A DNA stretch of 62,958 nucleotides from Actinomycetes bacterium (GTDB lineage: Bacteria; Actinomycetota; Actinomycetes; Actinomycetales; Microbacteriaceae). Below, in pieces: positions 43,004-52,428 of the stretch. The first letter of the stretch is position 1, and each line of letters opens with the position of its first letter. A program made the position numbers and the translations under genes. Below the pieces are notes generated by a model. That model did not search any database. It saw only the letters and a program-made list of their open reading frames with translations, and was not told the origin of the DNA. The stretch lies in assembly GCA_021779075.1 (NCBI GenBank), contig JAJYBG010000001.1:1-62958 (forward strand), given 5' to 3'.

Positions 43004-43768
43004 GTGTCAAACCCTCTCGCACCTGGATCCCTGGCCGGCAAGCGCGTTCTCGTGACGGGTTCGTCGCGCGGCATCGGCGCGGACACCGTCGCGTACTTCG
43101 CCGAGGCAGGCGCACGGGTCGCGATCAACTATCGCAACAAGGAGGCGCGCGCCCTCAAGCTGCAGGCGCAGCTCTCCGAGAGAGGGGCCGAGGCGATCAT
43201 CGTCGGCGCCGACCTCACCGACCCCGAATCGGTTCGGGCGATGTTCGCCCGGATCCAGGACGACTTCGGCGGGCTCGACATCCTCGTCCTCAACGCCTCC
43301 GGCGGCATGGAGGCCGATCTGGGCGAGGGCTACGCCCTCAGACTCAACCGCGACGCCCAGGTGAGCGTCCTCGACGCGGCGCTTCCGCTGCTCGCACCGG
43401 GTTCGCGGGTCGTGTTCGTCACGAGCCACCAGGCGCACTTCGTCCGCACGACGACGACGATGCCGGAGTACGAGGCCGTCGCCCTGAGCAAGCGCGCCGG
43501 CGAGGATGCGCTGCGCGAGCGCATCCCGGAGCTGGAGGCGCGCGGCATCGGTTTCGTGGTCGTCTCCGGCGACATGATCGAGGGCACCATCACGGCAACC
43601 CTCCTCAACCGCCTCAACCCGGGCGCGATCGAGGGGCGCCGCCAGCAGGCCGGCAGGCTCTACAGCGTCGCCGAGTTCGCCGCCGAGGTGGCGCTCGCCG
43701 CCGTCGAGCCGGTGCCGGCCGGTCATACCCGGCTCGTGGGAGACATTTCCACCTTTGGCGGCGTCTGA
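43004..43768 (+). CDS. SDR family oxidoreductase
   Basis: TGSSRGIG, LVLNASGG, VTSHQAH, Y..VA.SK. Confidence 0.9.
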   Translation: MSNPLAPGSLAGKRVLVTGSSRGIGADTVAYFAEAGARVAINYRNKEARALKLQAQLSERGAEAIIVGADLTDPESVRAMFARIQDDFGGLDILVLNASGGMEADLGEGYALRLNRDAQVSVLDAALPLLAPGSRVVFVTSHQAHFVRTTTTMPEYEAVALSKRAGEDALRERIPELEARGIGFVVVSGDMIEGTITATLLNRLNPGAIEGRRQQAGRLYSVAEFAAEVALAAVEPVPAGHTRLVGDISTFGGV

Positions 43769-43822
43769 ACCGCGATCAGCGTCGTGTCACGGCGGCCTCC
43801 GACGCTCCGGGCGTGCCGAAAC

Positions 43823-43850
43823 AACGCCGATAATGCACATTATGTCAATA
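43823..43850. other. dif site (XerC/XerD chromosome dimer resolution)
   Basis: 11-6-11 AACGCCGATAA-TGCACA-TTATGTCAATA, matching the actinobacterial pattern CCGATAA-N6-TTATGTCAA; AT-rich intergenic location. Confidence 0.92.
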
Positions 43851-43878
43851 AATAACGCGCGAGGGCAATACTGGGGAT

Positions 43879-44400
43879 TTATACCCCGTTTTCCTCTTCG
43901 GAGTGCTTCGCGCGCGCCTGGCACGTCACCGGACGCTCCTGCGCCGGCGCTGACGCCCTGGCGCCGCCGGAGGCTGCGAGCCGGCAGCGCAGTTCACGGC
44001 GGGCCGGATCCCCCAGCGCATCGAACACGGCGTCGACAGGACTCACCCCGCGCCGGCCTTGAACGCGGCCGGCTTCTTCTCTCCGGTCGGCGACGCCATC
44101 GTCGTAGCGGGCGCGAATCTCGGCGTGGTCGTACCGCAGACCGGCGAAGCCGCTTTCCCGCACCGTGACCACCACCGCTCCCCCGACAGTGGCCATCACT
44201 CCCCCGGCATTCGGCGCGAGCGCGAGCTCGACGAGCGTCGTCCCCGCTGCGATGTTGTCGAGATCGCCGGGCAGCCCCCGCTGAACCAGGATGAGCCGAC
44301 CCGCTTCCACGAGTCGGGCATTACGGTGAAGCACGAGGAGAACGCCTTCTCCCCGCCCCCACGTCACCTCATGGACGATCTGACCGGGTACAACCAGCTA
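43879..44400 (-). pseudogene. Decayed SRPBCC/AHSA1 gene run into a truncated ArsR-family regulator
   Basis: TTLVELALAP..GG...VRESGFAGL (SRPBCC C-terminal half) then VSPVDAVFDALGDPARREL (ArsR N-terminus from GTG 44046) with no complete HTH; in-frame stop upstream. Confidence 0.6.
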
Positions 44401-44478
44401 CTGTCCATCGCACCCGGACTTTCATCCGACCCCAGCGGGGAACACTCCGCTGTCTATTGCGCCAGCACGGAGGCCAGC

Positions 44479-45849
44479 ATGCCCCCTTCCGAAGACCGGG
44501 TTCAGCGGTTCAAGTACCGCAGCGCGGTGATCCCTACCCGCTCCGCCGCACCGATCGTCATCATCGTCGTCATCATCCTGGTGACGGCGCTGTGGATCGT
44601 CTTCCGGCCGCAGCAGGAACCACTCGACCGTTTCGTCGGCCAGCTGATCGGAATGGAAGGCGTGCTCCTGCTGTCGATCGGGCTGGTGCTGATCAGCACC
44701 CTGAGGGTCGTGGAACAGTGGTTCGACGGAATCGATCACGCGGCCATCTGGCACCGTGGTGTCGCCATCGCCGGAACGGTCCTGATCGCCGTGCACGCCG
44801 GCGCGACCACCAGCCCCCTCGCGACGGCCATCGGCGAAGGACTCGGGGCGGTCGGCCTGATCGGGCTGATCGTTCTCGTCGTCTGGGCGATCGCACCGCG
44901 CTGGCGCTCCTTCGTACCCAAGCCCCTCCGGGGGGCGGTCGTCAAGGTCAGCACCACCCGGGTCGCCCGACGCGTCAACGCCAGGTTCAAGGGCTATTCC
45001 AGCTGGCGTTCCTTCCACCGCTTCACCGGGCTGTTCGTGGCGATCGGCTTCGCCCACGGCCTGGTGGACGGAACCGTGTTCGGCTCCCCCGTGCTGCGCT
45101 GGAGCTATGTCGCCATCGGTGGAATCGGCCTGGCCTTCTACGCGTACCGGGAACTGCTCGCCCGGCGGTTCGCCGTGACGCATGACTACGAGGTCGAGTC
45201 CGTGCACCCGGTCGATGCGACCCTGGCCGAGATCTCCCTGAAACCGCTGGGCAGGCGCTTCCAGTTCCGAGCCGGACAGTTCGCGCAGCTGAATCTGGAG
45301 GCCGCGGACGGGTGGCATCGTCATCCCTTCAGCATCGCGAGCGGGCCGGCCGATGCCAACGTCCGGGTGACGATCCGATCCCTCGGCGACTTCACCTCGA
45401 ATGTCTCCGCCCTGGTGCGGCCGGGGATGCCGGCGGTCATCAGCAGCCCGCACGGGAACTTCGACTACCACAAGGGCGGCGAACGGCAGGTGTGGATCGC
45501 CGGCGGCGTCGGCGTCGCGCCGATTCTCAGCTGGCTCCGCGATGCCCAGCCAGGGACGCTTCCGGAGCGCGTCGATCTGTACTACAGCGCAGAGGGCCCG
45601 CCGCCGTACTCGGATGAGATGCGCGAGCTGGCGGCCCGTCACGACTCGCTGCACCTGCACCTGATCGACACGGGAACCGAGCCCCGGCTCACCACCGAGA
45701 GGGTGCTTGCGGAGGCGGACTGCCCTGCGCGCGAGCTCTCCGCCTTCATGTGCGGGCCCGAGGGAATGGTGAAGTCGTTCCAGAAAGGGCTGGCCAAGGC
45801 GGGAGTGCGCCGGGCGAACATCCATCGGGAGTACTTCAACCTGCGCTGA
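44479..45849 (+). CDS. Ferric reductase-like membrane oxidoreductase (TM + FAD + NAD domains)
   Basis: Heme-type His in TMs (WHR, VH, FHR, AH), AGQF, HPFS, GDFT, PHG.F, AGGVGVAP, MCGP, EYF end. Confidence 0.9.
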   Translation: MPPSEDRVQRFKYRSAVIPTRSAAPIVIIVVIILVTALWIVFRPQQEPLDRFVGQLIGMEGVLLLSIGLVLISTLRVVEQWFDGIDHAAIWHRGVAIAGTVLIAVHAGATTSPLATAIGEGLGAVGLIGLIVLVVWAIAPRWRSFVPKPLRGAVVKVSTTRVARRVNARFKGYSSWRSFHRFTGLFVAIGFAHGLVDGTVFGSPVLRWSYVAIGGIGLAFYAYRELLARRFAVTHDYEVESVHPVDATLAEISLKPLGRRFQFRAGQFAQLNLEAADGWHRHPFSIASGPADANVRVTIRSLGDFTSNVSALVRPGMPAVISSPHGNFDYHKGGERQVWIAGGVGVAPILSWLRDAQPGTLPERVDLYYSAEGPPPYSDEMRELAARHDSLHLHLIDTGTEPRLTTERVLAEADCPARELSAFMCGPEGMVKSFQKGLAKAGVRRANIHREYFNLR

Positions 45850-45943
45850 CTGCGGGGCGCCGCCGTCACGCAGCATCCGCTGCCATCGGGAAGCAACTGG
45901 CGCAGGTCGGGGATGTCTCGCCCTTCAGCCGCGCTGCAGGCGC

Positions 45944-46999
45944 TCACGCTGACGTAGTCGCCCGGACCCACTCGTCGAGCTTCGCCGCCGCCGCACCCGT
46001 GTCGACGGCGCGCGCCGCGAGCTCGAGACCTGCAGCGAAGCGGTCGAGGATCGGCTCCTGGACCGTCGCCGGATCCGCGGCGAGTTGGTACGCGACGAGG
46101 CCGGCCGCGGCGTTGAGGAGCACGATGTCGCGCACCGGCCCGCTCTCCCCCGCGAGCACCCGGCGCACCACGCCGGCGTTGTACTGCGGGTCGCCGCCCT
46201 TGAGGTCGGCGATGGCGGCGCGCGCGATGCCGAGGTCGCGCGGGTCGAGGTCGTGCTCGGTGACAAGTCCGCGCGAGATCTCCCAGATGTGCGAATGACC
46301 GGTCGTCGTGAGCTCGTCGAGGCCGTCGTCGCCGCGGAACACCAGCGCCGTCGCGCCCCGCGTCTGGAACACGCCGGTGATGAGCGGCACGCGGCTCAGC
46401 ACGGCGACGCCGACGGCGGACGCGTCGGGCCGCGCCGGGTTGCACAGCGGGCCGAGGAAGTTGAACACTGTCGGCACGCCGAGATCGCGACGCGTCTTGC
46501 CCGCGTTGGCGAAGCCGGGGTGGAACGCCGAGGCGTAGGCGAAGGTGATCCCGGCGCGCTCGAAGACCTCGGCGACCCGCTCCGGGCTCATCGTGAGGTC
46601 GACGCCGAGCACCCCGAGCACGTCGGATGAACCGGATGCCGACGACGCGGCGCGGTTGCCGTGCTTAATGACAGGCACCCCGGTCGCAGCGACGACGATG
46701 GCCGCCGTCGTAGAGACGTTGACGGTGCCCAACCGGTCTCCGCCCGTGCCGACGATGTCGACCGCCATGGTCGGAAGCGGCAGCGGAAGCGCATGGTCGA
46801 GGATCGCGTCGCGGAACCCGACGATCTCGTCGACCGTCTCGCCCTTCGCGCTCAGCGCGACGAGGAACCCGGCCATCTGCGACTCGGACGCGCGACCCTC
46901 CATGATCTCGTCCATCGCCCAGGTGGCCTCGGAAACACTGAGGTCCGAACCTGCGAGAAGAACCGAGATCAGATCGGGCCATGAGAGCGAATTCGCCAC
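45944..46999 (-). CDS. trpD: Anthranilate phosphoribosyltransferase
   Basis: [39 protein letters not shown]. Confidence 0.96.
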   Translation of the reverse strand: MANSLSWPDLISVLLAGSDLSVSEATWAMDEIMEGRASESQMAGFLVALSAKGETVDEIVGFRDAILDHALPLPLPTMAVDIVGTGGDRLGTVNVSTTAAIVVAATGVPVIKHGNRAASSASGSSDVLGVLGVDLTMSPERVAEVFERAGITFAYASAFHPGFANAGKTRRDLGVPTVFNFLGPLCNPARPDASAVGVAVLSRVPLITGVFQTRGATALVFRGDDGLDELTTTGHSHIWEISRGLVTEHDLDPRDLGIARAAIADLKGGDPQYNAGVVRRVLAGESGPVRDIVLLNAAAGLVAYQLAADPATVQEPILDRFAAGLELAARAVDTGAAAAKLDEWVRATTSA

Positions 47000-47055
47000 G
47001 GGAACCGATCCTAATCGGCCTGTTCGGCGCAAAACGGTCTTCGGATTCCGACATA

Positions 47056-47700
47056 ATGAGTTTTGTGACGAGCACCTCTGTTTCCTCCGCTACGGGAGCT
47101 CCGGCGATCAACCGCCCGAATGTCGTCGCCGTCGGCACGATCGTGTGGCTGGGCAGCGAGGTGATGTTCTTCGCAGGTCTTTTCGCGATCTACTTCACGC
47201 TGCGTTCGACGTCCCCAGGGCTCTGGGCCTCCATGACCGATCACCTCAACGTGCCGTGGTCGACCGGGAACACGATCATCCTCGTGCTGAGTTCGGTCAC
47301 CTGCCAGTTCGGCGTCTTCGCCGCCGAGCGGCTCCAGCCGCGGCGCACCGGCCCGATCTGGAACGTGGCGAAGTGGGGCATGGTCGAGTGGTACACGCTG
47401 ACCTATGTCATGGGCGCCGTCTTCGTCTGCGGCCAGATCGTCGAGTACGCGAACCTCGTCGCTGAAGGAATCACGGTCAGCACGAACGCCTACAGTTCTG
47501 CGTTCTTCATCGCGACGGGCTTCCACGCCCTGCACGTCACCGGCGGTCTCTTCGCCTTCATCTTCGTCATGGGCCGCGCCTTCGCGGTGCGCCGCTTCGG
47601 TCACAAGGAGGCGACGAGCGCCATCGTCGTCTCGTACTACTGGCACTTCGTCGACGTCGTGTGGATCGGGCTCTACCTGGTCATCTACGTGCTCAAGTAA
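47056..47700 (+). CDS. ctaE: Cytochrome c oxidase subunit III
   Basis: [36 protein letters not shown]. Confidence 0.96.
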   Translation: MSFVTSTSVSSATGAPAINRPNVVAVGTIVWLGSEVMFFAGLFAIYFTLRSTSPGLWASMTDHLNVPWSTGNTIILVLSSVTCQFGVFAAERLQPRRTGPIWNVAKWGMVEWYTLTYVMGAVFVCGQIVEYANLVAEGITVSTNAYSSAFFIATGFHALHVTGGLFAFIFVMGRAFAVRRFGHKEATSAIVVSYYWHFVDVVWIGLYLVIYVLK

Positions 47701-47714
47701 GGATTCCCGACCAC

Positions 47715-48542
47715 ATGCCTAAGCTGAACGCCCCGTCGACGAAGACCGCTCGCAAGAACCGCAAGGTCGGCCGTCGCCACCCTCTTGCCACCGTCGCCCT
47801 CATTGCGATCGGCCTCGGCCTCACCGGTGGCGTCTACGCCGCCGTCAACGCGGCCCCAGCGACGGCCTCCGCGGACACGACCAGCGCTTCGCAGCAGCAG
47901 ATCACCGAGGGTCAGAAGGTCTTCGAGGCGAACTGCGCGAGCTGCCACGGCCTCAACGCGGTCGGCTCCGCCAACGGCCCGAGCCTCATCGGCGTCGGCG
48001 CCGCCGCCGTCGACTTCCAGGTCGGCACCGGCCGCATGCCGATGGCCGCCAGCGGCCCGCAGGCCCCTCAGAAGCCCGTGCAGCTCAACGACACGCAGAT
48101 CGCCGACCTCGCGGCCTATGTCGCCTCGCTCGCCCCTGGCCCGGCGATCCCCACGGGGCCGCAGATCTCGACGAACGGGGATGCCGCACAGGGTGCGGAG
48201 CTGTTCCGCATCAACTGCGCCATGTGCCACAACGTGGCCGGCGCCGGCGGTGCGCTCACCGAGGGCAAGTACGCTCCCCCGCTCGCGGGCGTCACGCCGA
48301 CGCACATCTACGAGGCCATGATCACCGGCCCGCAGAACATGCCGGTCTTCAACGATCTCAACCTGACGCCCGCCCAGAAGAGCGACATCATCACCTACCT
48401 CACGTACATCCAGCAGAACCCGTCGCCCGGCGGCTACGCGCTGGAGGACCTGGGGCCGGTCTCCGAGGGCCTGTTCTTGTGGATCTTCGGTCTGGGCGCG
48501 ATCGTGGGCCTCGCGGTGTGGATCACCGCAAAGTCCAACTAG
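47715..48542 (+). CDS. qcrC: Cytochrome bcc complex diheme cytochrome c
   Basis: Two CxxCH (CASCH, CAMCH), FQVGTGRMP, GPVSEG. Confidence 0.96.
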   Translation: MPKLNAPSTKTARKNRKVGRRHPLATVALIAIGLGLTGGVYAAVNAAPATASADTTSASQQQITEGQKVFEANCASCHGLNAVGSANGPSLIGVGAAAVDFQVGTGRMPMAASGPQAPQKPVQLNDTQIADLAAYVASLAPGPAIPTGPQISTNGDAAQGAELFRINCAMCHNVAGAGGALTEGKYAPPLAGVTPTHIYEAMITGPQNMPVFNDLNLTPAQKSDIITYLTYIQQNPSPGGYALEDLGPVSEGLFLWIFGLGAIVGLAVWITAKSN

Positions 48543-48579
48543 CCCTGCCAACTGAATACGACGCGCACGAAGGAGAGCA

Positions 48580-49641
48580 ATGGCGAAGAGTGACAGTGCT
48601 GTCGAGCACGCTACCGACGCCCCCGACGACGTCCGCCCCGGCGATCCGGGCACAGGCATCGTCCTCGCCGACGCACCGGTGAACCCGGGCTTCCCACCGC
48701 ACCGTCCGCGTGTCACGGACCAGGACCCGAAGAAGAACCGCAGCGCCGAGCGCACCGTTTTCACTCTCTTCTACATCTCGATCGCCGGCTCCATCTGGGC
48801 TGTCGCCTCGTATCTGGCCTTCCCCATCGAGTCCGGCAACCTCGCCGACGTCCGCATGTCGACGATGTACATCGGCATCGGCTCCGCGTTCGCCCTCCTC
48901 GGCATCGGCATCGGCGCCGTGCACTGGGCGAAGGCCCTGATGAGCGACAAGGAAGGCATCGACATCCGCCATCCGATCCACGGCTCCGACGAGACGCGCC
49001 AGACGGCGATCGAGATCTTCGAGCAGGCGAACGAGGAATCCGGATTCGGCCGCCGCACGCTCATCCGCAACACGCTCATCGGCGCGCTGGTCGCCTTCCC
49101 GCTTCCCGCGGTCGTGCTCTTCCGCGGCCTCGCCCCGCAGAACCAGGACCCGGTCGTCGCGTTGTCCCACACCATGTGGAAGCAGGGCCTTCGCCTCACG
49201 AAGGACCCGTCGGGCCTTCCGATCAAGGCTTCGGACGTCACCCTCGGCTCGGTGTTCCACGTCATCCCCGATGGCCTCTATGACGCGCCCGACATGCTCG
49301 AGGAGAAGGGCAAGGCCGCGGTCCTGCTCATGCGCCTCGACCCCGGGGACCTGCACCCCTCCCCCGGCCGTGAGTCCTGGGCGTACAACGGCATCGTCGC
49401 CTACTCCAAGATCTGCACCCACGTCGGCTGCCCCGTGGCCCTCTACGAGCAGAACACGCACCACCTGCTCTGCCCGTGCCACCAGTCGCAGTTCGACATC
49501 ACGCACGAGGCCGAGGTGATCTTCGGGCCGGCGAGCCGCCCGTTGCCGCAGCTGCCGATCACAATCGACGCCGAGGGCTATCTCGTCGCGCAGAGCGATT
49601 TCCACGAACCTGTCGGCCCGAGCTTCTGGGAGCGTAGCTAG
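48580..49641 (+). CDS. qcrA: Cytochrome bcc complex Rieske iron-sulfur subunit
   Basis: CTHVGC and CPCHQS Rieske boxes; three TMs with internal RR. Confidence 0.96.
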   Translation: MAKSDSAVEHATDAPDDVRPGDPGTGIVLADAPVNPGFPPHRPRVTDQDPKKNRSAERTVFTLFYISIAGSIWAVASYLAFPIESGNLADVRMSTMYIGIGSAFALLGIGIGAVHWAKALMSDKEGIDIRHPIHGSDETRQTAIEIFEQANEESGFGRRTLIRNTLIGALVAFPLPAVVLFRGLAPQNQDPVVALSHTMWKQGLRLTKDPSGLPIKASDVTLGSVFHVIPDGLYDAPDMLEEKGKAAVLLMRLDPGDLHPSPGRESWAYNGIVAYSKICTHVGCPVALYEQNTHHLLCPCHQSQFDITHEAEVIFGPASRPLPQLPITIDAEGYLVAQSDFHEPVGPSFWERS

Positions 49642-49643
49642 TC

Positions 49644-51260
49644 ATGACGACCGAAATCCCCCGGCTCCAGCGCACGGGCTTCACGGGCGCCGCTGCGAAC
49701 TATATCGACGAGCGCACGAGCATCTCGGCCGTCGTCAAGGAGTTCGGGCGCAAGATCTTCCCTGACCACTGGTCGTTCCTGCTCGGCGAGGTCGCCCTCT
49801 ACAGTTTCGTCGTCATCCTGCTGTCCGGCACCTTCCTGACGTTCTTCTTCCAGGCGTCGATGACCGACACGGTCTACAACGGCCCGTGGGTCCCGCTCGA
49901 CGGCATCCACATGTCCGCCGCCCTCAACTCGACCCTCCAGATCTCATTCGAAGTGCGCGGCGGATTGCTCGTCCGCCAGATCCACCACTGGGCGGCCCTG
50001 CTCTTCGTCGCCGCCATCGGCCTGCACATGCTGCGCATCTTCTTCACGGGCGCGTTCCGCAAGCCGCGCGAGCTCAACTGGGTCATCGGCTTCACCCTGT
50101 TCATCCTCGCGATGGCCGAAGGCTTCACCGGCTACTCGCTGCCCGACGACCTGCTCTCGGGCAACGGCCTCGCGATCATCAACGGCATGATCAAGGGTGT
50201 CCCGCTCGTCGGCACCTGGATCTCGTACCTGCTCTTCGGCGGCCTCTTCCCCGGCACCGCGATCGTCGGCCGCCTCTACACGCTCCACATCCTGCTGCTG
50301 CCCGCCCTGGTGCTCGCCTTCATCGCGATCCACCTCGTGTTCGTCGTCGTGCACAAGCACACGCAGTTCGCGGGCCCCGGCCGCACCCAGGGCAACGTGG
50401 TCGGCTACCCGATCCTGCCGGTGTACGCGGCCAAAGCCGGCGGCTTCTTCTTCATCGTGTTCGGTGTCATCGTGCTGCTGGCGACGTTCTTCACCATCAA
50501 CCCCGTCTGGCTGTACGGCCCCTTCGACCCCTCCCCCATCTCGGCTGGGACGCAGCCCGACTGGTACATCGGGTTCGCCGACGGCATGCTGCGCCTCATT
50601 CCGCCGCACTGGGAGTTCGTCTGGCTCAACCGCACCTGGTCGTTCAACATCATCGTGCCGATACTCATCCTCGGGCTGTTCATCGTGATCGTCATGTTCT
50701 ACCCGTTAATCGAGGGCTGGATCACCGGGGACAAGCGCGAGCACCACATTCTCGACCGGCCGCGCAACCAGGCCACCCGCACGGCCATCGGCGCGGCGGG
50801 TGTCACCTTCTACGCGGTCATGTGGGCGGCGGCATCCGGTGACATCATCGCGACTCACTTCAAGTTCGCCGTCGAGGGCGTGACGCACGTGCTGCAGATC
50901 CTCCTCATCCTCGGCCCGGTCATCGCCTACTTCCTCACGAAACGCATCTGCATCGCCCTGCAGAAGAAGGACCGTTCGCTCGCCCTCCACGGCTACGAGT
51001 CCGGCCGCATCGTGCGCCTCGCCGGCGGCGAGTACGTCGAGGTGCACCAGCCCCTCGACGAGTACGAGCGCTGGCGCCTGGTCAGCCAGGAGGCCGACAA
51101 GCCCGTGATCGTCCGCCCGGACTCGCGCGGCCGGATCACCGGCGGCAGGCGCTTCCGCGCCTCTCTGTCGCGCTGGTTCTTCGACGACCGCATCGAACCG
51201 CTGAGCCAGGCCGAGATCGACGCGGCCTCCCACCACGGCGAACTCGAAGGCGGGCACTAG
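49644..51260 (+). CDS. qcrB: Cytochrome bcc complex cytochrome b
   Basis: HWSFLLGE, HHWAA, GYSLPDDLLSG, QPDWY. Confidence 0.97.
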   Translation: MTTEIPRLQRTGFTGAAANYIDERTSISAVVKEFGRKIFPDHWSFLLGEVALYSFVVILLSGTFLTFFFQASMTDTVYNGPWVPLDGIHMSAALNSTLQISFEVRGGLLVRQIHHWAALLFVAAIGLHMLRIFFTGAFRKPRELNWVIGFTLFILAMAEGFTGYSLPDDLLSGNGLAIINGMIKGVPLVGTWISYLLFGGLFPGTAIVGRLYTLHILLLPALVLAFIAIHLVFVVVHKHTQFAGPGRTQGNVVGYPILPVYAAKAGGFFFIVFGVIVLLATFFTINPVWLYGPFDPSPISAGTQPDWYIGFADGMLRLIPPHWEFVWLNRTWSFNIIVPILILGLFIVIVMFYPLIEGWITGDKREHHILDRPRNQATRTAIGAAGVTFYAVMWAAASGDIIATHFKFAVEGVTHVLQILLILGPVIAYFLTKRICIALQKKDRSLALHGYESGRIVRLAGGEYVEVHQPLDEYERWRLVSQEADKPVIVRPDSRGRITGGRRFRASLSRWFFDDRIEPLSQAEIDAASHHGELEGGH

Positions 51261-51273
51261 AACAACCTAGGGA

Positions 51274-51299
51274 AGGGCCTCGACTCCGGTCGGGGCCCT
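51274..51299 (+). terminator. Hairpin after qcrB
   Basis: AGGGCCTCGAC-tccg-GTCGGGGCCCT. Confidence 0.7.
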
Positions 51300-51576
51300 C
51301 CCTCGTCGTACCGGGATGCGCGCTCGCGGCGCCGTGAATCGGTTCACGTTCTCTCGACGTGCTTCGCACTCCTGCCGCCTTCGGCGGACCCTCACTGGTT
51401 CCGAGCTGCGCCGAGAGTCTTCGACCTCCGGCAGAACGGGACTTGGATGACGAGGCGTTTCTCACGGCGTCGGTGGCTTCGCCTCGCTCGCCGTGATACG
51501 CCGGCCCTGCCGGGCAAACCAGGCGCGTCGCTCCAGAAAAAGCGGTCAGGCGGTGAGGGTGACGCGGAAGGTTGCG

Positions 51577-51912
51577 TCAAGCGCCGGGCCCGAGCATCGG
51601 GTCGACGTACTCGCCGGAGTACTTCGGACGGTACTTGGCCTCGTAGGATTCCGAGACGGCCGAGATGAGCCGCGGGTCGTCGATGTCGGTGAGGACCACG
51701 TGCGCGCCCACTATGTCCCCCACCACGAATCGGCCCTCCCCGCTCGCGACCGCGGCCGCGAACCACCTCGAGCCCCTGCCGCGATACGAGCGGATATAGA
51801 CGTCTCCCTCGACCTCAACGAACCAGATGACGACGCTGGGCCCGCCCTCGGGCACCACCGTCACCTCATCCACCTCGGCAATGGCATCCAACTGCTCCGT
51901 GCTCCAGGCCAT
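51577..51912 (-). CDS. DUF2255 family protein, with possible C-terminal frameshift
   Basis: W...LDAI...E, VVIWFV.V.GDVY.RSYRG..S.W, Y.AKY; expected tail DATFRVTLTA lies in another frame ending at 51546. Confidence 0.7.
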   Translation of the reverse strand: MAWSTEQLDAIAEVDEVTVVPEGGPSVVIWFVEVEGDVYIRSYRGRGSRWFAAAVASGEGRFVVGDIVGAHVVLTDIDDPRLISAVSESYEAKYRPKYSGEYVDPMLGPGA

Positions 51913-51968
51913 GCCCCCAGCCTCGCACGCTTCCCGCTCTCTCGCGACGAACTCCCGGCGAAGAGAAA

Positions 51969-51998
51969 AAGAGAGCCCCGCCGAAGCGGGGCTCTCTT
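51969..51998 (-). terminator. Intrinsic terminator of ctaC-ctaD-ctaF
   Basis: AAGAGAGCCCCGC-cgaa-GCGGGGCTCTCTT; T-tract on the minus strand. Confidence 0.88.
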
Positions 51999-52010
51999 CC
52001 GACAGGTGAC

Positions 52011-52427
52011 CTAGCGGGCGTGGAATCCGCGGTAGTACTCGAAGACCCAGCCCGTGAGGGCGACGAAGGCCAGGGCGCCGCCGATGAAAGTGATCCAGAC
52101 GCCCACGGCGAGACCGAGAGCCCCGAGCGCCACGGCGAAGCCGAGCGTGACGGGCCACCAGCTCCACGGGCTGAAATGGCCGAGCTCGGGATCGCCGTCG
52201 TCGATGTCGGCGTCAAGACGGTCCTCAGGGAGCAGGCCGCCGATGGAACTCTCGGCGCGACCGAGATAGAAGGCGATGAAGAGGGCGAGGATGCCGGACA
52301 ACGTCAGCGTCACGGTACCTGCCCATTCTGGCTGGCCGTACGAGATGACCGACCAGAAGGTGTAGATAGCGGCGACAACGATGAAGAAGATCGCGAGGAT
52401 CCAGAAGAGGACGACGTTGAACTTCAT
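52011..52427 (-). CDS. ctaF: Cytochrome c oxidase subunit IV
   Basis: EWAGT, PEDRLDADI, FSPWSWWP, FEYYRG. Confidence 0.95.
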   Translation of the reverse strand: MKFNVVLFWILAIFFIVVAAIYTFWSVISYGQPEWAGTVTLTLSGILALFIAFYLGRAESSIGGLLPEDRLDADIDDGDPELGHFSPWSWWPVTLGFAVALGALGLAVGVWITFIGGALAFVALTGWVFEYYRGFHAR

Positions 52428-52428
52428 G

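Noticed and set aside
41539-45930. 12-bp direct repeat CGCCCTTCAGCC at 41539 and 45919 as island boundaries
   Set aside because: Short and GC-rich, and it would enclose core genes plus dif; probably chance.
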